DNA from: the human T2T-CHM13v2.0 reference genome, Homo sapiens
NCBI RefSeq assembly: GCF_009914755.1
Contig: NC_060939.1
Length of the DNA: 64,000 nt
Direction: 5' to 3' (one strand)
The notes under the pieces were generated by a model that saw only the letters and a program-made list of their open reading frames with translations, had not been told where the DNA came from and did not search any database. Of the stretch, positions 29,329 to 41,981 are shown piece after piece; position 1 is the first letter of the stretch; every line of letters starts with the position of its first letter. The translations under genes were made by a program, and so were the position numbers.

Positions 29329-31184
29329 AGGTTGCCTTTCTACCTAGTTTAATTCTGTTTAATTCTATGCATTCTGACCCAAGTAGGAGGAGCCTATTGA
29401 CCCTACTTGAGGAGAGACAAGAGCAGCAGACCATTAACCATTTCTCCCTAGCTAAAAAACCTCCCCATAGCCTAGGAGAATGCCATAAGACATAGCCTTG
29501 CATGGAGACTTTGGCCCTGCTTTGCTGGGTTTCTTACATCAGTCCAGTTGATGACACTAGTAGTTTCCAGCAGTGGGATGGGCATAGAGGGAGCAGATAA
29601 CATTTCTGGGCAAGAATTCAAGATACGAAAATTGGATGTCACCAACCTCCTTAAAATAAAGTTTTTGTAATTTTGAAATCCTATGAACGAATTCCCAGGA
29701 CATGAAAGTATAAAGAACTAGAAGTCTGAGTGAATGTGATTAGAACTGTCTGTGCTAGTACACATTAGGTTCCTAATACTTATGTCAAGACAATCCAGTG
29801 CTGGCTTGAATTGGGATATAAATGTTTCTGGTATATGTCATATCTCCCTAGTGAAATCGTACTGTGAGCATAAACCATGTTTTTACCTAAACTGGGTTAA
29901 CTTTCTGAGCTCAGTGCTGTCCTTTTAATATAGAAGAATTCCAATAAATACTTAATGATCAAGGACTGGCTGTATACATTCATGTCTATATATACTAAGT
30001 AATTTTTTTCTCTCATACTTTGCCTACAGCTTTCACTTAAAAAATGGAAAGAGATGAACCAATCAGGTTTTGCAAACAAAATAGGAATATAGGTCTGTAC
30101 CTAAACCTAAATGGGTTTTGCTTTTGGTCCTGCCAGAGGCAGGGGGATAGATTAGTTAACTCCTCCAGGGATTTTCCAGCCCTGTGGTTTCACTCCACAT
30201 TTTCTTCCTATAAGAGTCTCTGGTCGACTATAACCCTGTACCGAAGCTTCACTGTGGATTGGAGCTGACATCTAAAAACCACACTGGTGAATCTTAAATA
30301 TGTTAATATGGATAATTTAAACCTTATAAACAGCTTTTCATAATGTGATTTTTGCCTGAGGGGGTCTTTTGGTTGGAGTGCTGTACAATCAGGCTTGAGT
30401 TTGCAACTTAAAAAGGAAAACAATATGAGAAGTAGAAAATTTTATGTGGCTTTTTCTTTCTCTCATAAGCTCATGTTTATTGAAAGAGCTGGTGGTGAGT
30501 CAAGGGAAAATGGAGTTGTAAAGGAGGCATTCTGAGATTGGTTAAGCTTGCTGTGGGTTCTTAGTAAGTTGGTGTATCTTCAAAATCAAAAGCTAATTAT
30601 TCCAAGGACTCTCATCTGAGATTGGAAGCCTGCCTGGGCCATTGTGCTTCACACTGAAGCTTCAGTGATCAACAGGTAAATATTTGTCTGATGACACCCA
30701 GAAAATGAATAAGCAAGAAAAAGATATGTAATTTAATGCCCTATTCCTAACTTAGAAACAAAGAAATAAAAACATAAATTGGCCTTTAAGACCTAGTATG
30801 ATAATGATTTCCACACTGCTTGTTATCTTGTTAAGTATATATCTTCATTATCTTCTAAAACAAGTGTCCAAATTATAAAAGAGATTTTTATTCAGACTGG
30901 GTGCTTAGAAGTTTCTTTAGAGGTACAGAAGTTGCTGGAAAAATGTCAGCCCCAGGAGTCCTTCTACAAGATGCTTGCGGTGGTCAGCATCCTGGCAAGC
31001 CCTCTTGCACCAACTCAGGAGGGTGCCTGTCTTGACACTACCTGGTAACCAATTCCAAAAGTTCTTAACAGAAAATGTTGAGCAATTTATTTTATTTAAA
31101 TTTGCAGTTCATTTCATGCTTATCGAAGAAATCAAGCAGCATAAGAACTTCATAAAACTAATTTTGAAATATGATTGGGGGCAG

Positions 31185-31400
31185 AAGAGCACTGTTTGAA
31201 ATTGCAGGTTCTGGTGTTCAGATCATATTGACTTAACTCAAAACTACCATTTACAGAGGGTGTGACTTCAAGCTTCTCTAAGTCTCAGCCTCCTTATCTG
31301 TAAAATGGGATCTTAATAGTATCAGATTCATAGGGTGCTTGAAAGAATTAAGTGGGAAAAACTAATCAACGTGCTTGAACATGGCAATCTCTAAGACATT
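31185..31400 (+). mobile_element. MIR relic
   Basis: 'tctctaagtctcagcctccttatctgtaaaatggga...catagggtgcttgaaagaattaagt'. Confidence 0.8.
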
Positions 31401-31568
31401 TATTATAAGTGTGTGAGATTTGTAGTTCCAGGATCTTAAGCCTCAAACAAAGAAAATAGTATAGTGATCTTAACTTCCTAGGGAATCTACAAATTATGAA
31501 ACAAGCCTCAATATAGAAGAGTAGGATGAAAACAAATCACTGTATCTATTATTACTTCAAATCTTTTA

Positions 31569-31866
31569 GTCCGGGCACGGTGGCTCATGACTGTAATTCC
31601 AGCACTTTGGGAGGCTGAGGCGGGCTGATCGCCCGAGGTCAGGAGTTTGAGACCAGCCTGGCCAGCATGGTGAAACATCGCCTCTACTAAAAATACAAAA
31701 TTAGCTGGGCGTGGTGGCACAAGCCTGTAATCCCAACTACTCAGGAGGCTGAGGCAGGAGAATCACTTGAACTTGGGAGGGAGAGGTTGCAGTGAGCAGA
31801 GATCATGCCATTGCACTCCAGCCTGGGCGACAAAGCGAAACTCCATCTCAAAATATATATATATAT
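31569..31866 (+). mobile_element. Alu (AluS, Sq/Sp-like) with (TA)n tail
   Basis: Full dimer ending gcgaaactccatctcaaaatatatat. Confidence 0.97.
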
Positions 31867-32074
31867 TTTAATAATAGATTGTTTTTCTAAATTCCATGCT
31901 TTTAAACAAACCGTGTTTGTGTGTGTAACTTTTTGCAGAAAAACTAGGTATAAAATGTGATTTTCTTTATACACGCAGTCACTATGAAAGGGACCCAAGA
32001 TCCCCTAGGAAGGTTCTTTTCCTCCTTGCTCCACTCTGAGGATAGGTGAGTAGGTGCACATCTTTGACATGACA

Positions 32075-32220
32075 TGGTGGACAGGCACTAGACTGAAAGG
32101 CAAGAAACCATGTCTGCTGTTATATAGTCTTAAGACCTTGATTGAGTCACTTCACTTCTCTGGGCCTTGATTTCCTCATATGTGAAATGAAAAGACTCAA
32201 TTAGATGGCTCTGTTGTCCC
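32075..32220 (+). mobile_element. MIR relic
   Basis: 'gaccttgattgagtcacttcacttctctgggccttgatttcctcatatgtgaaatga'. Confidence 0.75.
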
Positions 32221-32629
32221 TGTCATCTCCCAAGTTTTATCCTCCTACCCACTAACAACAACATACCTGTCGAATGAGTGTTCCGAATAACTGAATGTTC
32301 TGTTTACTTGACAAGTAACATAAGTACCATAAATGAATTACACATGTTCAAGAAAGAGATGTTCATCACCAGTGGCTTGGTCTTAGAATCAACTGTTGAT
32401 TTGATGACTCAGACAGCACTTCAGGATCTGGTAGTGCTAGAGGCTCATCATTAGAGACAGAAACCATAAAATTACACTCTAAATCATACCTGATCATTTG
32501 AGCTTTGCTGCTGGGGCTAATGAGCTTGTGAACTTAAATTTGCTGTCCTATGTGTCTTTTCTTTTAATTTTCAAGAGTATACCTTTCAAGGTAGATGTGA
32601 AATGAAAATGCTTCACTAGACAAGGTATC

Positions 32630-32790
32630 AGGGTGTCAAGCATATAATTCTAGTTCTGATACTAACTAGTTCCATAACCAAGTAAACCACTTTGAATCTC
32701 CTTTTTCTGCATATAAGATGGGAAAACTGTATCTGTCCTATCGCATAGGGTTGATGTGAGGTTCAAAGTTATAACAGGTTGTAAAAAAAC
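32630..32790 (+). mobile_element. MIR relic
   Basis: 'tttttctgcatataagatggga...catagggttgatgtgaggttcaaa'. Confidence 0.55.
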
Positions 32791-33206
32791 TGAACGATAA
32801 AAACCACCCAACAAATACCATCAACTTATTCTTCTCTGTGAGAGAAATGGGATGATGCATCAGTCCAAACAGGATTCAACATGCCAATTCCGTGGGGTGA
32901 AGCGGCCCGCCAAATGGCTGGAGTGTTGCCATTTTCCAGCCGGATGTTCACTGCCCTGTTGACTCAGCCTAAGTCAATTTGAAGACATCCCATATGCCAC
33001 ACAGACTCTCCTAATATATTAAGCTCTCATTTAGATACTTAGGTTTTGATTACACACCAAACCTTGACCTGCTATTCAAAAAACAACTAGGAAGAGAGAG
33101 AGGAAGAAGTCCATCATTAAAGCGTGTTAAACTTACACGCTTAACATTCAGAAAAAAAAATGGAAAGAGCTAAGCATTCTCAATCAGTTATCACCTATGA
33201 ACAGTT

Positions 33207-33214
33207 ATGTGTAT

Positions 33215-33248
<34 letters not shown>
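33207..33248. repeat. (TATGTG)n/(TG)n microsatellite
   Basis: Direct inspection. Confidence 0.92.
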
Positions 33249-33251
<3 letters not shown>

Positions 33252-35167
33252 GCAGATTATGGATCATAACATCCTAGGATCTCACTCATTTCACTACAAA
33301 GGTTGTTATAAGCACAGCTGAGTCCCTTCTTTCTAACTAGCCTGTTGCTACAAACTTTATTGCATGAGGACTTCACTTTCTTGATTTTCAACTGGAAGTG
33401 AGAAACATTGTTTTGAGTGCATGTTACACACTCCATAAAAAGAGGACAAAAAGAGAACGTACAGAAGGATTCTCCTCCAGTCCAGGAAACCAAAATAAAA
33501 TTATAAAGCAAAACACCCATGAAACAATTGCAGCAGTTGGAGAGGTCAATAGTATTTGACTAGGAATGGCCTGAAATCCACAAGAGGGTCTTCTTAGGAA
33601 CATAGGTTACTTTTCCTTTTTTAAGTTCATATCCAATTTTTGTGATCATTGTTAAACATTTAACTGAATTGATTCAATTGACTGGCTATACTTTGACAGC
33701 TGGAAATCCTTCCTAAGTACCAAGTTATTTAATTAACTCATTTTCAATTAGCACAGTCGCTTCTGGCCCAGTGTAAATTAAGTCTCCTCAGACTCAAGCA
33801 AAGGAGAGAAAGGAGGCCAATGGAACTGAGACTTCTGTAGTGCATCTCATTCTGTCGGAAGTTTCCAGTTCAGATCAGACTCATAAAATAATGTATTTTT
33901 TTGTGTGTTTAAGTGTTAACTGGCAGCCAGGTGCTAAGAGAGTGCTGAATCAGCCCAGAAGAGAGGGAGGAAGAAAGAAGAAAGTTTGGTTTATAGGCTG
34001 AAGCAAGCAAGGTAAACAGAACCTGGCGAGAGTTATATATTGCTCAAGGCAGGCACAGGTGGATGGAACTGCAGGCCAGGTCAGAAAGAGAGAAAGATTT
34101 ATGTTCTGTGCAAATAAAAGGGCAGAAGAAAAATCACCAATCTGGTTGGGCAGCACTGAAGTGAAGGAAACAGCTGTTCATACAGTGAAGGAATGGTCAG
34201 GTAAGACAGGCTGGAAATAGGAATCAGAAGGCCATCTGCTGACCTGGGATGGCACGCCCTGGAGGCACGCAACAAATCCTGTCCTCCAGGAGGCCGAGCA
34301 AAGGGGCCATTACCGGCCAGGCAAGTAAACAGTGCCAAGGCATTAAAGTTACATGAGCCTCATGCAAGAAGTTGCCCAGCGAGTTTACTTCCGAATGTGA
34401 AGTCGAGTGGAAACACAGTGTTTTCTTATTTGAGGACTTGGCAAACCCAGTCCACCCAGCCTCTCTGCGAAGCAAGAATGCAGAGAGGTAGTTCATCAAA
34501 TGTCAGTGCTTATTACCCATCACCTTATCCAGACGCAGCTGCTCTACCCCTCCTGGCTGCCGGTGTGGGTGGCCACTGGACTCACAGTCGGGGCAGCTGC
34601 TGGCCTGGGGATATTGCAACCCAAGTGAGTGGAGAGCGAGTCGGGGGTGGCCTTTGATCATGGAAGGCAGCCCACCGGCAATAGAATGGAGGAGACAGAA
34701 AGGCCACCAGGAGGAAAGAGGAAACAAGTGTAGGAACTGGCAATGACCTTGCATTAATGGACATCACACCCACTGAAATAAAGACCCACATGAGTGGGGC
34801 TTTGCTCTAAGGAAGCCGACAGCTGATGGGCCCTACCAATACTAATGAGCATCATTATATTCCTCATACAAATGAGCCAAATTTCAGACAAAAGGTAGGA
34901 GAGGGAAAAGATTTATATCATAACACAAAACACAAAATGTAAGACCAAATGTCACTAGAGAACCAATTGATAATTGGTGAGACAGCAAAGGCAATCAGAA
35001 GAAAGCATGGCCTGCCTAAAGTACTAAGATGAATAAGAGTGAGTGTTGCAACACTATTAGTTAGTGACCAAACTGCAAAGCTGAAGTTGAATTTCTTGAC
35101 CTCCTTCCCTTCTCTTACCCTTACCCTCATATTGCTATTTCCCTGTGCTCATGGTGCTGTACTTAAT

Positions 35168-35218
35168 ACACAAACACACACACACACACACACACACATA
35201 AAAATACACACACATACA
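35168..35218. repeat. Interrupted (CA)n microsatellite
   Basis: Direct inspection. Confidence 0.9.
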
Positions 35219-35237
35219 GATGGAAAGAGTGAAAGTA

Positions 35238-35450
35238 GTAACATTTACTGAATTCATATTATATGCCAGGCAGACTTCTAAATCTTTTATAGGTTTTAAT
35301 TCACTTAATCCTTACAACATGCCCATGAGGTAGATACAATTTCTATCCCCATTTTATAGATGAGGAAAATGAAAACGAGAGTTTATGCAAGGTAACACAG
35401 CCAATACATACGTGAGCTGAGATTGGAACCAGGCATTCTGGGTTCCAAAC
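35238..35450 (-). mobile_element. MIR SINE
   Basis: 'taacatttactgaa...cacttaatccttacaacatgcccatgaggtag...ccccattttatagatgaggaaaatga'. Confidence 0.88.
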
Positions 35451-35674
35451 TAGCATCTTTGACCAGAGCTCTCCTTCTTTGTTTGAGAAACCAAAATCAC
35501 AGACCAGAAACTCTGATGAGAAACAGGTGAGTTATCCATGCCAAGCTCCTCATAGCCAGCCTCTCTTCTTGTTCTCCACACTCTAGCCCCGCCGCCTGCT
35601 GCTGAGATATCATCCTCTGCTCTCCGTCCATTCAGATCCTTCCTTTTCTCTATGGCCCAGCTCAAGATTCAAGA

Positions 35675-36090
35675 GCTTAGTTAGCTGCATGCCAAACCCA
35701 TTTCTTCTTCCTGGGCCCTCGATGAGACTACATTTCCCAACCTCCCTTGCATTTAGGTATGGCCATGTGACTGCCTTCTAGCCAAAAAACATGGATTGAA
35801 GTGACGAGAACCACTGTCAGGCCCACCTAATCAAACTCTGCATGCACTTGGAATCCTCCTTCTAGTCTGATGTAGCTAAGCAAAGAGACCTCAGAAGCCA
35901 CATGTTGAAGACAGTGAAGCCATGTAATAGAAGGTCCCTAATCCCTTATCCCTGCTTAGAGGAAGGCCACCCATTAATCAGAAACTCCCATCTGGGTCTC
36001 ATGTAAGGAGGAAATAAATTTTCACCCATCGCATCTGAGTCCTTGTAATTGGAAGTTTGTTTACTACAACAACCATTAACACCCTAATGT
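35675..36090 (+). mobile_element. MaLR solo LTR (MLT1I/J-like)
   Basis: 'actacatttcccaacctcccttgcatttaggtatggccatgtgactg', 'gaagccacatgttgaagacag', AATAAA near 36013. Confidence 0.8.
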
Positions 36091-36799
36091 GAACTTTTAC
36101 AGATCCAGCTCTATAGAAAGTTCTGTTTGAATAAGTTAGTCCCGGACCTTAAAAATTCACAGAAAAGAAGAGAGAGAGAGAGAGAAACAAGAATAACATA
36201 AATAGAACATGAGAATTTTGCAATAAAAGAATGTTTAAGGTTCTTCTAATATTCTATGTGAACAGAGCTAAAAGCATGCAGTCAGGAGAAGCCTTTAGAG
36301 ACATGGTGACCTCTGAGGAAGAGGTGGAGTTGGCTCCTCTCTCTGATAAGCCTTTCCCAGTTATTCCATCCCAGCCTGAATTTTCTCTGCTATATCTTGC
36401 TGGCTTGTACCTCGCTTTATATAATCTGGGGAAAACTGTACTAGAAAAGTCAATCGTGGTGTCTACCGTGCTCACTATCCCTTTCCAGGGCCTTCTTCTT
36501 GCCCCTGTGCTAGGGGAAGATGCTCCAAGCTCTGCCTTGAGCACATCTTTGCTCCTAGTTAGACCAAAGGTGGTCCAGTTTCCAGGTGGAGTAGAGTCCT
36601 TCGGGATGGTCTGATACCACACTCTGCCCAGCGGTAATTAACAAAGCCAATCAGATCCCCCAACTCTGGAAGTTGAATGAAAGAACCATGAAGAAATTAG
36701 CCTGTTCTAGCAGGACGAAAAGAAGATGTAGGCAGAGAGGACCAGAGATGGAAGCTGTGCCACAGCCCGAGTGTGAAGATCCTGCCCCTGAGGGGCATG

Positions 36800-37450
36800 A
36801 CAGTCAGCTTCTTACTGGCAAGCAGCAAATGAACTCTGGCTGATTGAAGCAGAAAGAAATTCGTTAAAAGGATAATGGCAAGCTCACAGAAGCCCTCGTC
36901 TTGGTCAGCTCAGACTGCTATAACAAAATACTATAGACAGAGTAGCTTAAACAACAGACATTTATTTCTTCAGCTCTAGAGGCTAGGAAGTCCAAAGTCA
37001 AGGTGCCAGCCAATTTGTTTTCTGGTGAGGGCCCACTTCCTGGCTTGCAAACAGCTGCCTTCTCACTGTGTTCTCACAATGGGGCTGGGTGTTAGGGTTA
37101 GAGAGTGAGCACTCTGGTCTCACTTCCTCTCCTTATAAGGGGACTAACCCTGTTATGGCAGCCCTATCCCCCCATGACTTCATCTGAACCTATTTACCTT
37201 CCAAAGGCCCCACCTCCAAATATCATCATATTGGGGGTTAGGGCTTCAACATATTAATTTTGGAGAGATACATTCAGGCCATAACACCCTTGAAAGGAAA
37301 GCTAGGCTCTGTGGCTCTGCTGCCAGTCACCACACCCAAAATTACTCCATAGAGCTGTCCCACAAGAACACCACCTCCTCTGCCATCAACCACTTAATGG
37401 AGGCCTGGTTCCATCAGCACCACTGCACTGGACACTGCCATGGTCATCTC
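36800..37450 (-). mobile_element. Old MaLR-type LTR remnant split by the younger LTR at 36897-37286
   Basis: 'gcaagcagcaaatgaactctggctgattgaagcagaaagaaattcgttaaaagga...gctcacagaa' resembles old MLT1 ends. Confidence 0.5.
36897..37286 (-). mobile_element. MaLR solo LTR (MLT1A0-like)
   Basis: 'gtcttggtcagctcagactgctataacaaaatac...gcttaaacaacagacatttattt...ggccccacctccaaata...cattcaggccataaca'; ccct on both flanks. Confidence 0.9.
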
Positions 37451-37654
37451 CTATGGCGCTTGCCACCCCCCACCTGCACCACAATCATTTCTGACAACCT
37501 CTGATCCCTCTACGAGGACAGCGGGTCCATCTGCATATGTTTCTCAGTGCCTAGTCAGCAGTCTTGAGCATAGTGGTTAAATGAATCCATCAGTATCTGA
37601 TGAATAAATAAGAATTCCCATTTAATATGACAATGCCTAAAGTAACAAAGCTGC

Positions 37655-37930
37655 AATAATTGTAGTTACAATGCACTGGGTATTTACTAAACACTAGTTA
37701 CTTCTTAAGTGCTTTATGTGCACTCTCCCACTGAATCTCTACAATAACCTTATTTTTATAATAAACCTTATCTTTGCAATAATGCCAAGTGAGAAAGGCA
37801 TTATTATTATCTCCACTTTACAGAAGCAGAAGCTTGGCCTTAGAGAAGTAAGTAACTTGTCCAATTTCACTCACCAAGTAAGTTGTAGAAACAGCACCCA
37901 AGTTCTTGATTATGTCTCCAAAGTTATACT
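37655..37930 (-). mobile_element. MIR relic
   Basis: 'ttattattatctccactttacagaagcagaagcttggccttagagaagtaagtaacttgtcc'. Confidence 0.75.
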
Positions 37931-39082
37931 TTCAGATCATCTAAAATAGACACCCACTGCCCCACAGGCTCAGGTTAAATGCCACCAAGATAAGAAAAAA
38001 ATCCCATAGTTCATTTCTTCCCCTCCTCACTCTTCCCTCCTTTCAAAAAGTTAATAATGGAAAGACACATGACATATCTACCACAGATTATTGTGTCAGT
38101 CCATTCAGCTAATTTCAAAAAAGATGATGCTAATTATTGGAGATAATGAAAACTTGCTCTTCAACTACAACCTAAGGGGAATAGTCCAATTGATTAACAG
38201 GGATTTCAACCCACGCCTTCAATTTCTCTTGCTCGTTTTGTAACGGATGGGAAAAAATGGTTTGTAGATGGAGATTTTTGAGAGCTAAGTGTCTAAGACA
38301 CTGAAGGGAGCCACCTCATTAAGTCCTAGGCCTGGTTAGGCAGGCTCTCGAAACCAGAGGCAAAGCCAACGGCAGGTAAACTCACTACAGGCATTATTTA
38401 ATGAAAGTTTGCACTTTATCAGAGAATCCTTCCTGAATCCTCAATTTTTTTCTTTCTCTTTTAACCATTCATTATTAGTCTTTTTAAAATGCAGCATCGA
38501 AACAGTTAAGAATAAATCTAGGATTTGCAGAACAGTAAAAATTTAATCATGGCAGCAAACTAAGCCCCAGAGACAATTTTAGTCTCAAAGTCAAAATATA
38601 GTGTATCTGACTCCGAGTAAACTGACTTTTCACAGAATACTCTAACATAATGCATAATAGTCGTACACTCCAAGACAAGCTCCTGGGTATTGGTCCAGAG
38701 CCCACAACCAGCAGGAAGATCACAGTGTATGTTGAATAAAATTACCCATTCTAAAGGTCCTCAGCTATCCTGAATATTTTATTAAAAACCTTTTTGTGGT
38801 GGAGACCAACTGGGACCTCTTTCTCCTAGGAGCAAGCTGTCAACGGTAGTAGAATTGAAAACCAGACAAAGTCAAGTTTAATTAGATCTCCCCCCAACTC
38901 CAACCTCACATTTCTGGTATATTCATTCCTGACCATAATCCTTGCTAAATAACAATATAGTGGGATTCATTTCCCCCAAACCTTTCAAAAAAAGAAGCAC
39001 AATTGTGAACAGGTGGAGAAAGAAAACAAAAATGCAGTGACAGATTTTATAACTCTATACAAAATAATAGCTGAACATCACC

Positions 39083-39109
39083 AATAATGTAATCATAATA
39101 ATGTAATCA
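39083..39109 (+). repeat. Tandem micro-duplication aataatgtaatca x2
   Basis: 39083-39095 and 39097-39109 are identical. Confidence 0.8.
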
Positions 39110-41329
39110 GAAAACTCACAGAGATGCCTCAAGGGTGGCACTTGGCGAAGGGCTGGGAAATAGTCCAGCTAGTTAACAGGGATTTCAGATGCATCAGCAA
39201 GCAGAAAAAGTTTCTGAGCCTCTGCTTTGAGGCCAGCACTGTGTGGAGCAACACAGGAAAAGTGACTGATACATTCCCGTATTTTATGAGAAAGCCTCAA
39301 TGTCAGAAAGCCTCTCCCCTAATTTCTGTGCTTCCTTGTGTTCTTGTTAAAGCACATGTACCAACTCTGGGTTCAGAAACTATGACCAGTGAAAGAATGG
39401 TGGACATAATTCACTATTCATAAAGAGTTTATAGTTAAGCTGCCATAGTAAGGGAATAAAAGCAAAGACTACTGAGTGTAGATGGCAGAGTTAAGAAATC
39501 ATCATTCTTTATTCCAAGCCCACTTTTATGGATTGCTATGTTCTGTTTTATGTCTTTACGTTTTTCTACTTTCTTAAGTACGATAACTTCCTTTCTCTCC
39601 AATTCGACAAACTGTAAGAATTCATAGAACATTTCGTTTGCCTTATGTTTTAAGGCGACTTTCTATGAATAACATTATTTGCATTGTAGCTTCATCTTGG
39701 GGAAACCCCTTTAGTTAGTCTACCCTTTGCGATAATTTTTACAGTGTTATATTTCACAAATAATTTAATATGAGCCTGGTTTCTTTTGAAACTGTGTGCA
39801 TATCCATTTTCCCTTAGTTTCACAATACACAACACATCTGTTAGTTCAATGATAACAGATGTTATACTGAAATTGTAATAACTTGTGAGTTAACTGTATT
39901 CAAAACTTTATAGTTACACACATTTCAATAACTTAATCCTCTACCATTATCTCTTCAAATTGATTTAGCCCTGCAGAAGTTGGAGAAAATCAAATATTCA
40001 TTGTGTTTGTTTTGTGCATATATACAAAAATCAGATCATGATTTATCTCTCCTGGTATTAATCCTGTCTTCTCTGGAAAGATGGAGTAAAAATCATAACA
40101 GCATCAACAATCCCTCCTCTCTTTACTCATGAAGATAAATTTCATAGCCAATTCAGGATTATTATGCATGCATCTGTGTGCAAGCATTTTTTGTGGATTT
40201 GTAGAAGCCCTATAAATCTGATCTGCATTTCTAGCCATTTACTGTTTAAACAAATGACCTTTCCTCTTATCTCAGGGGCACAAGCCTACCCCCATTTGGC
40301 CATTTTATCTTTTATTAGAGAAGCATCTCTCTTCTTTTAAAGCAAACCACTTTTTTTTTCTCTCAAGCTTCTCTTTCGTCTTTTTTTCCAAATCCACAGA
40401 TTACACACCCTCTGCTGAAATGTGTGGGTTACAACCAAAATCCACCAGTAGACAGTAGACAGTGGGGCAGTATAGTGGGGGCGCTGGGAGAGCAGATTAA
40501 AGTCAGGAGACAGTCTCCATCTTCCAGTATGTTCCATACTGGTACAGAGCAGAAGACTTGGGTGCAACAGGGGGTAAAAGTACTTTAGGGAGCGCTGGGT
40601 TTCCCACCACATGCTAACGGTTTCAGGGAAGGGAGAGGCAGAGAGCAGTGACGGACCAGGAAAGCATCAAAGAGAAGCACAGCCTTAAGGTGGACCTTGG
40701 AAAATGCACAGAGTGTGGGCCAAAATGCAGCATGAGGGCACTCCCAACAAGGCCAAGGCTCCAAAGGGGCTTGGGAAGACTATGTGAGGGAGAGTGCTGG
40801 GGTATGAGCAGAGAAGAGTCTGGCCTCTCTTTTGGCTGATCTGCCCCAACTAGAGAACCATGCTCTTTTCCATTTCCAATCCTTTCCTTCCCCGTCCCTC
40901 TAAATAGAATGTAAAGAAACACCAGCCTTTTCACATGCACACATCACTAAACCCACGGCCCCAAAAGTCACCAGCTGCACAGGCCTGGGTTGGAGAGGAA
41001 CCCCCAAGGAGAGGTGCTGTGTCAAGGTCTCACTGGGCTCTGACTTATGTTCTGGCTCATGGATTCTACTGACCTCAGACAGTTCCATTATGCTTGGCTC
41101 ATTCCCAGGCCAACTTGCCATCTCCACCAACCACCCTCTAAGGGTCTCTCCCAAAACTCCAGACAAGTGCATGTTCAAACAATGCAAATGGGCACGTAGC
41201 CTTCAACAAGTGTCCCTAGATCTATTTATTTACAAGTGAGAAGAACTGCTTGAGGTGAAAAAACAGAAAATGAACTACAAAGTCAATAATGAGTACATGG
41301 TTTTGTTCTCATCCTGTGTCTTAGGAGAC

Positions 41330-41545
41330 AATAGCGCATACCAGGCTGCAGAGCCAGACTGCCCAGGTTCAAATCCCACTTCAGCCACTTTCTAGCTGGG
41401 CAAGTCACTCAACTTCTCTTTGCCTCAATTCCCTTCATCTATGAAATGGGTACAATAACAGTTCTTACTCCATTGTGGTGTTGTAGGGATTATAGAAAAC
41501 AAAACATGGAAGTTTCTCTTAGCACAGTACAGAGCATGCAGTATT
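41330..41545 (+). mobile_element. MIR SINE
   Basis: 'gagccagactgcccaggttcaaatccc...gggcaagtcactcaacttctctttgcctcaattcccttcatctatgaaatggg'. Confidence 0.88.
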
Positions 41546-41947
41546 TCCTATTACTGGGGCCATGCCCCTTCATTAGTGCTGGTATTGAAAGGTTAGAATC
41601 TTCACAGCCCACTGATGGAAGAAACTATATCTAGCTCAACAATCCCTTTCTACCCTCATCCTGGGCTTGCTCCTTGGCCTTCACCCTGATGTTCTTGCTT
41701 GGATCTCCTTTAATCTGAGTGATATTTTAGGTGATGATTTCTGTTTTGCAAATTTAGTCTCTTTTAACATCTTTTGAATATTGCTTGTTTCTCCAGAAAA
41801 TATTACTCTTCTATAGATGCAACGTTGGGCCCAATAGGTATACAATGAATGCCTGGCAAATTGAAGTTGACTGTGTAGACACTCATGGGCTCTTCTCAGT
41901 CTGTATCACGTCATTGTTCATGACTGGTCAGTAAATATTTCCATTAT

Positions 41948-41981
41948 TTGTTATAAAATCTCCTCACTTGTTATAAAATCT
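41948..41981 (+). repeat. Micro-duplication ttgttataaaatct x2 with 6-nt spacer
   Basis: 41948-41961 and 41968-41981 are identical. Confidence 0.8.

Noticed and set aside
33120-33142. 8-bp inverted repeat aagcgtgt/acacgctt
   Set aside because: Short enough to arise by chance in 64 kb
34397-34657. ORF with protein-like composition (SAYYPSPYPDAAALPLLAAG)
   Set aside because: No recognised homologue and no convincing flanking splice sites; expected in a GC-richer patch
40470-40490. GGGGGCGCTG as a CTCF site
   Set aside because: The 5' half of the motif (CCASYAG) is missing
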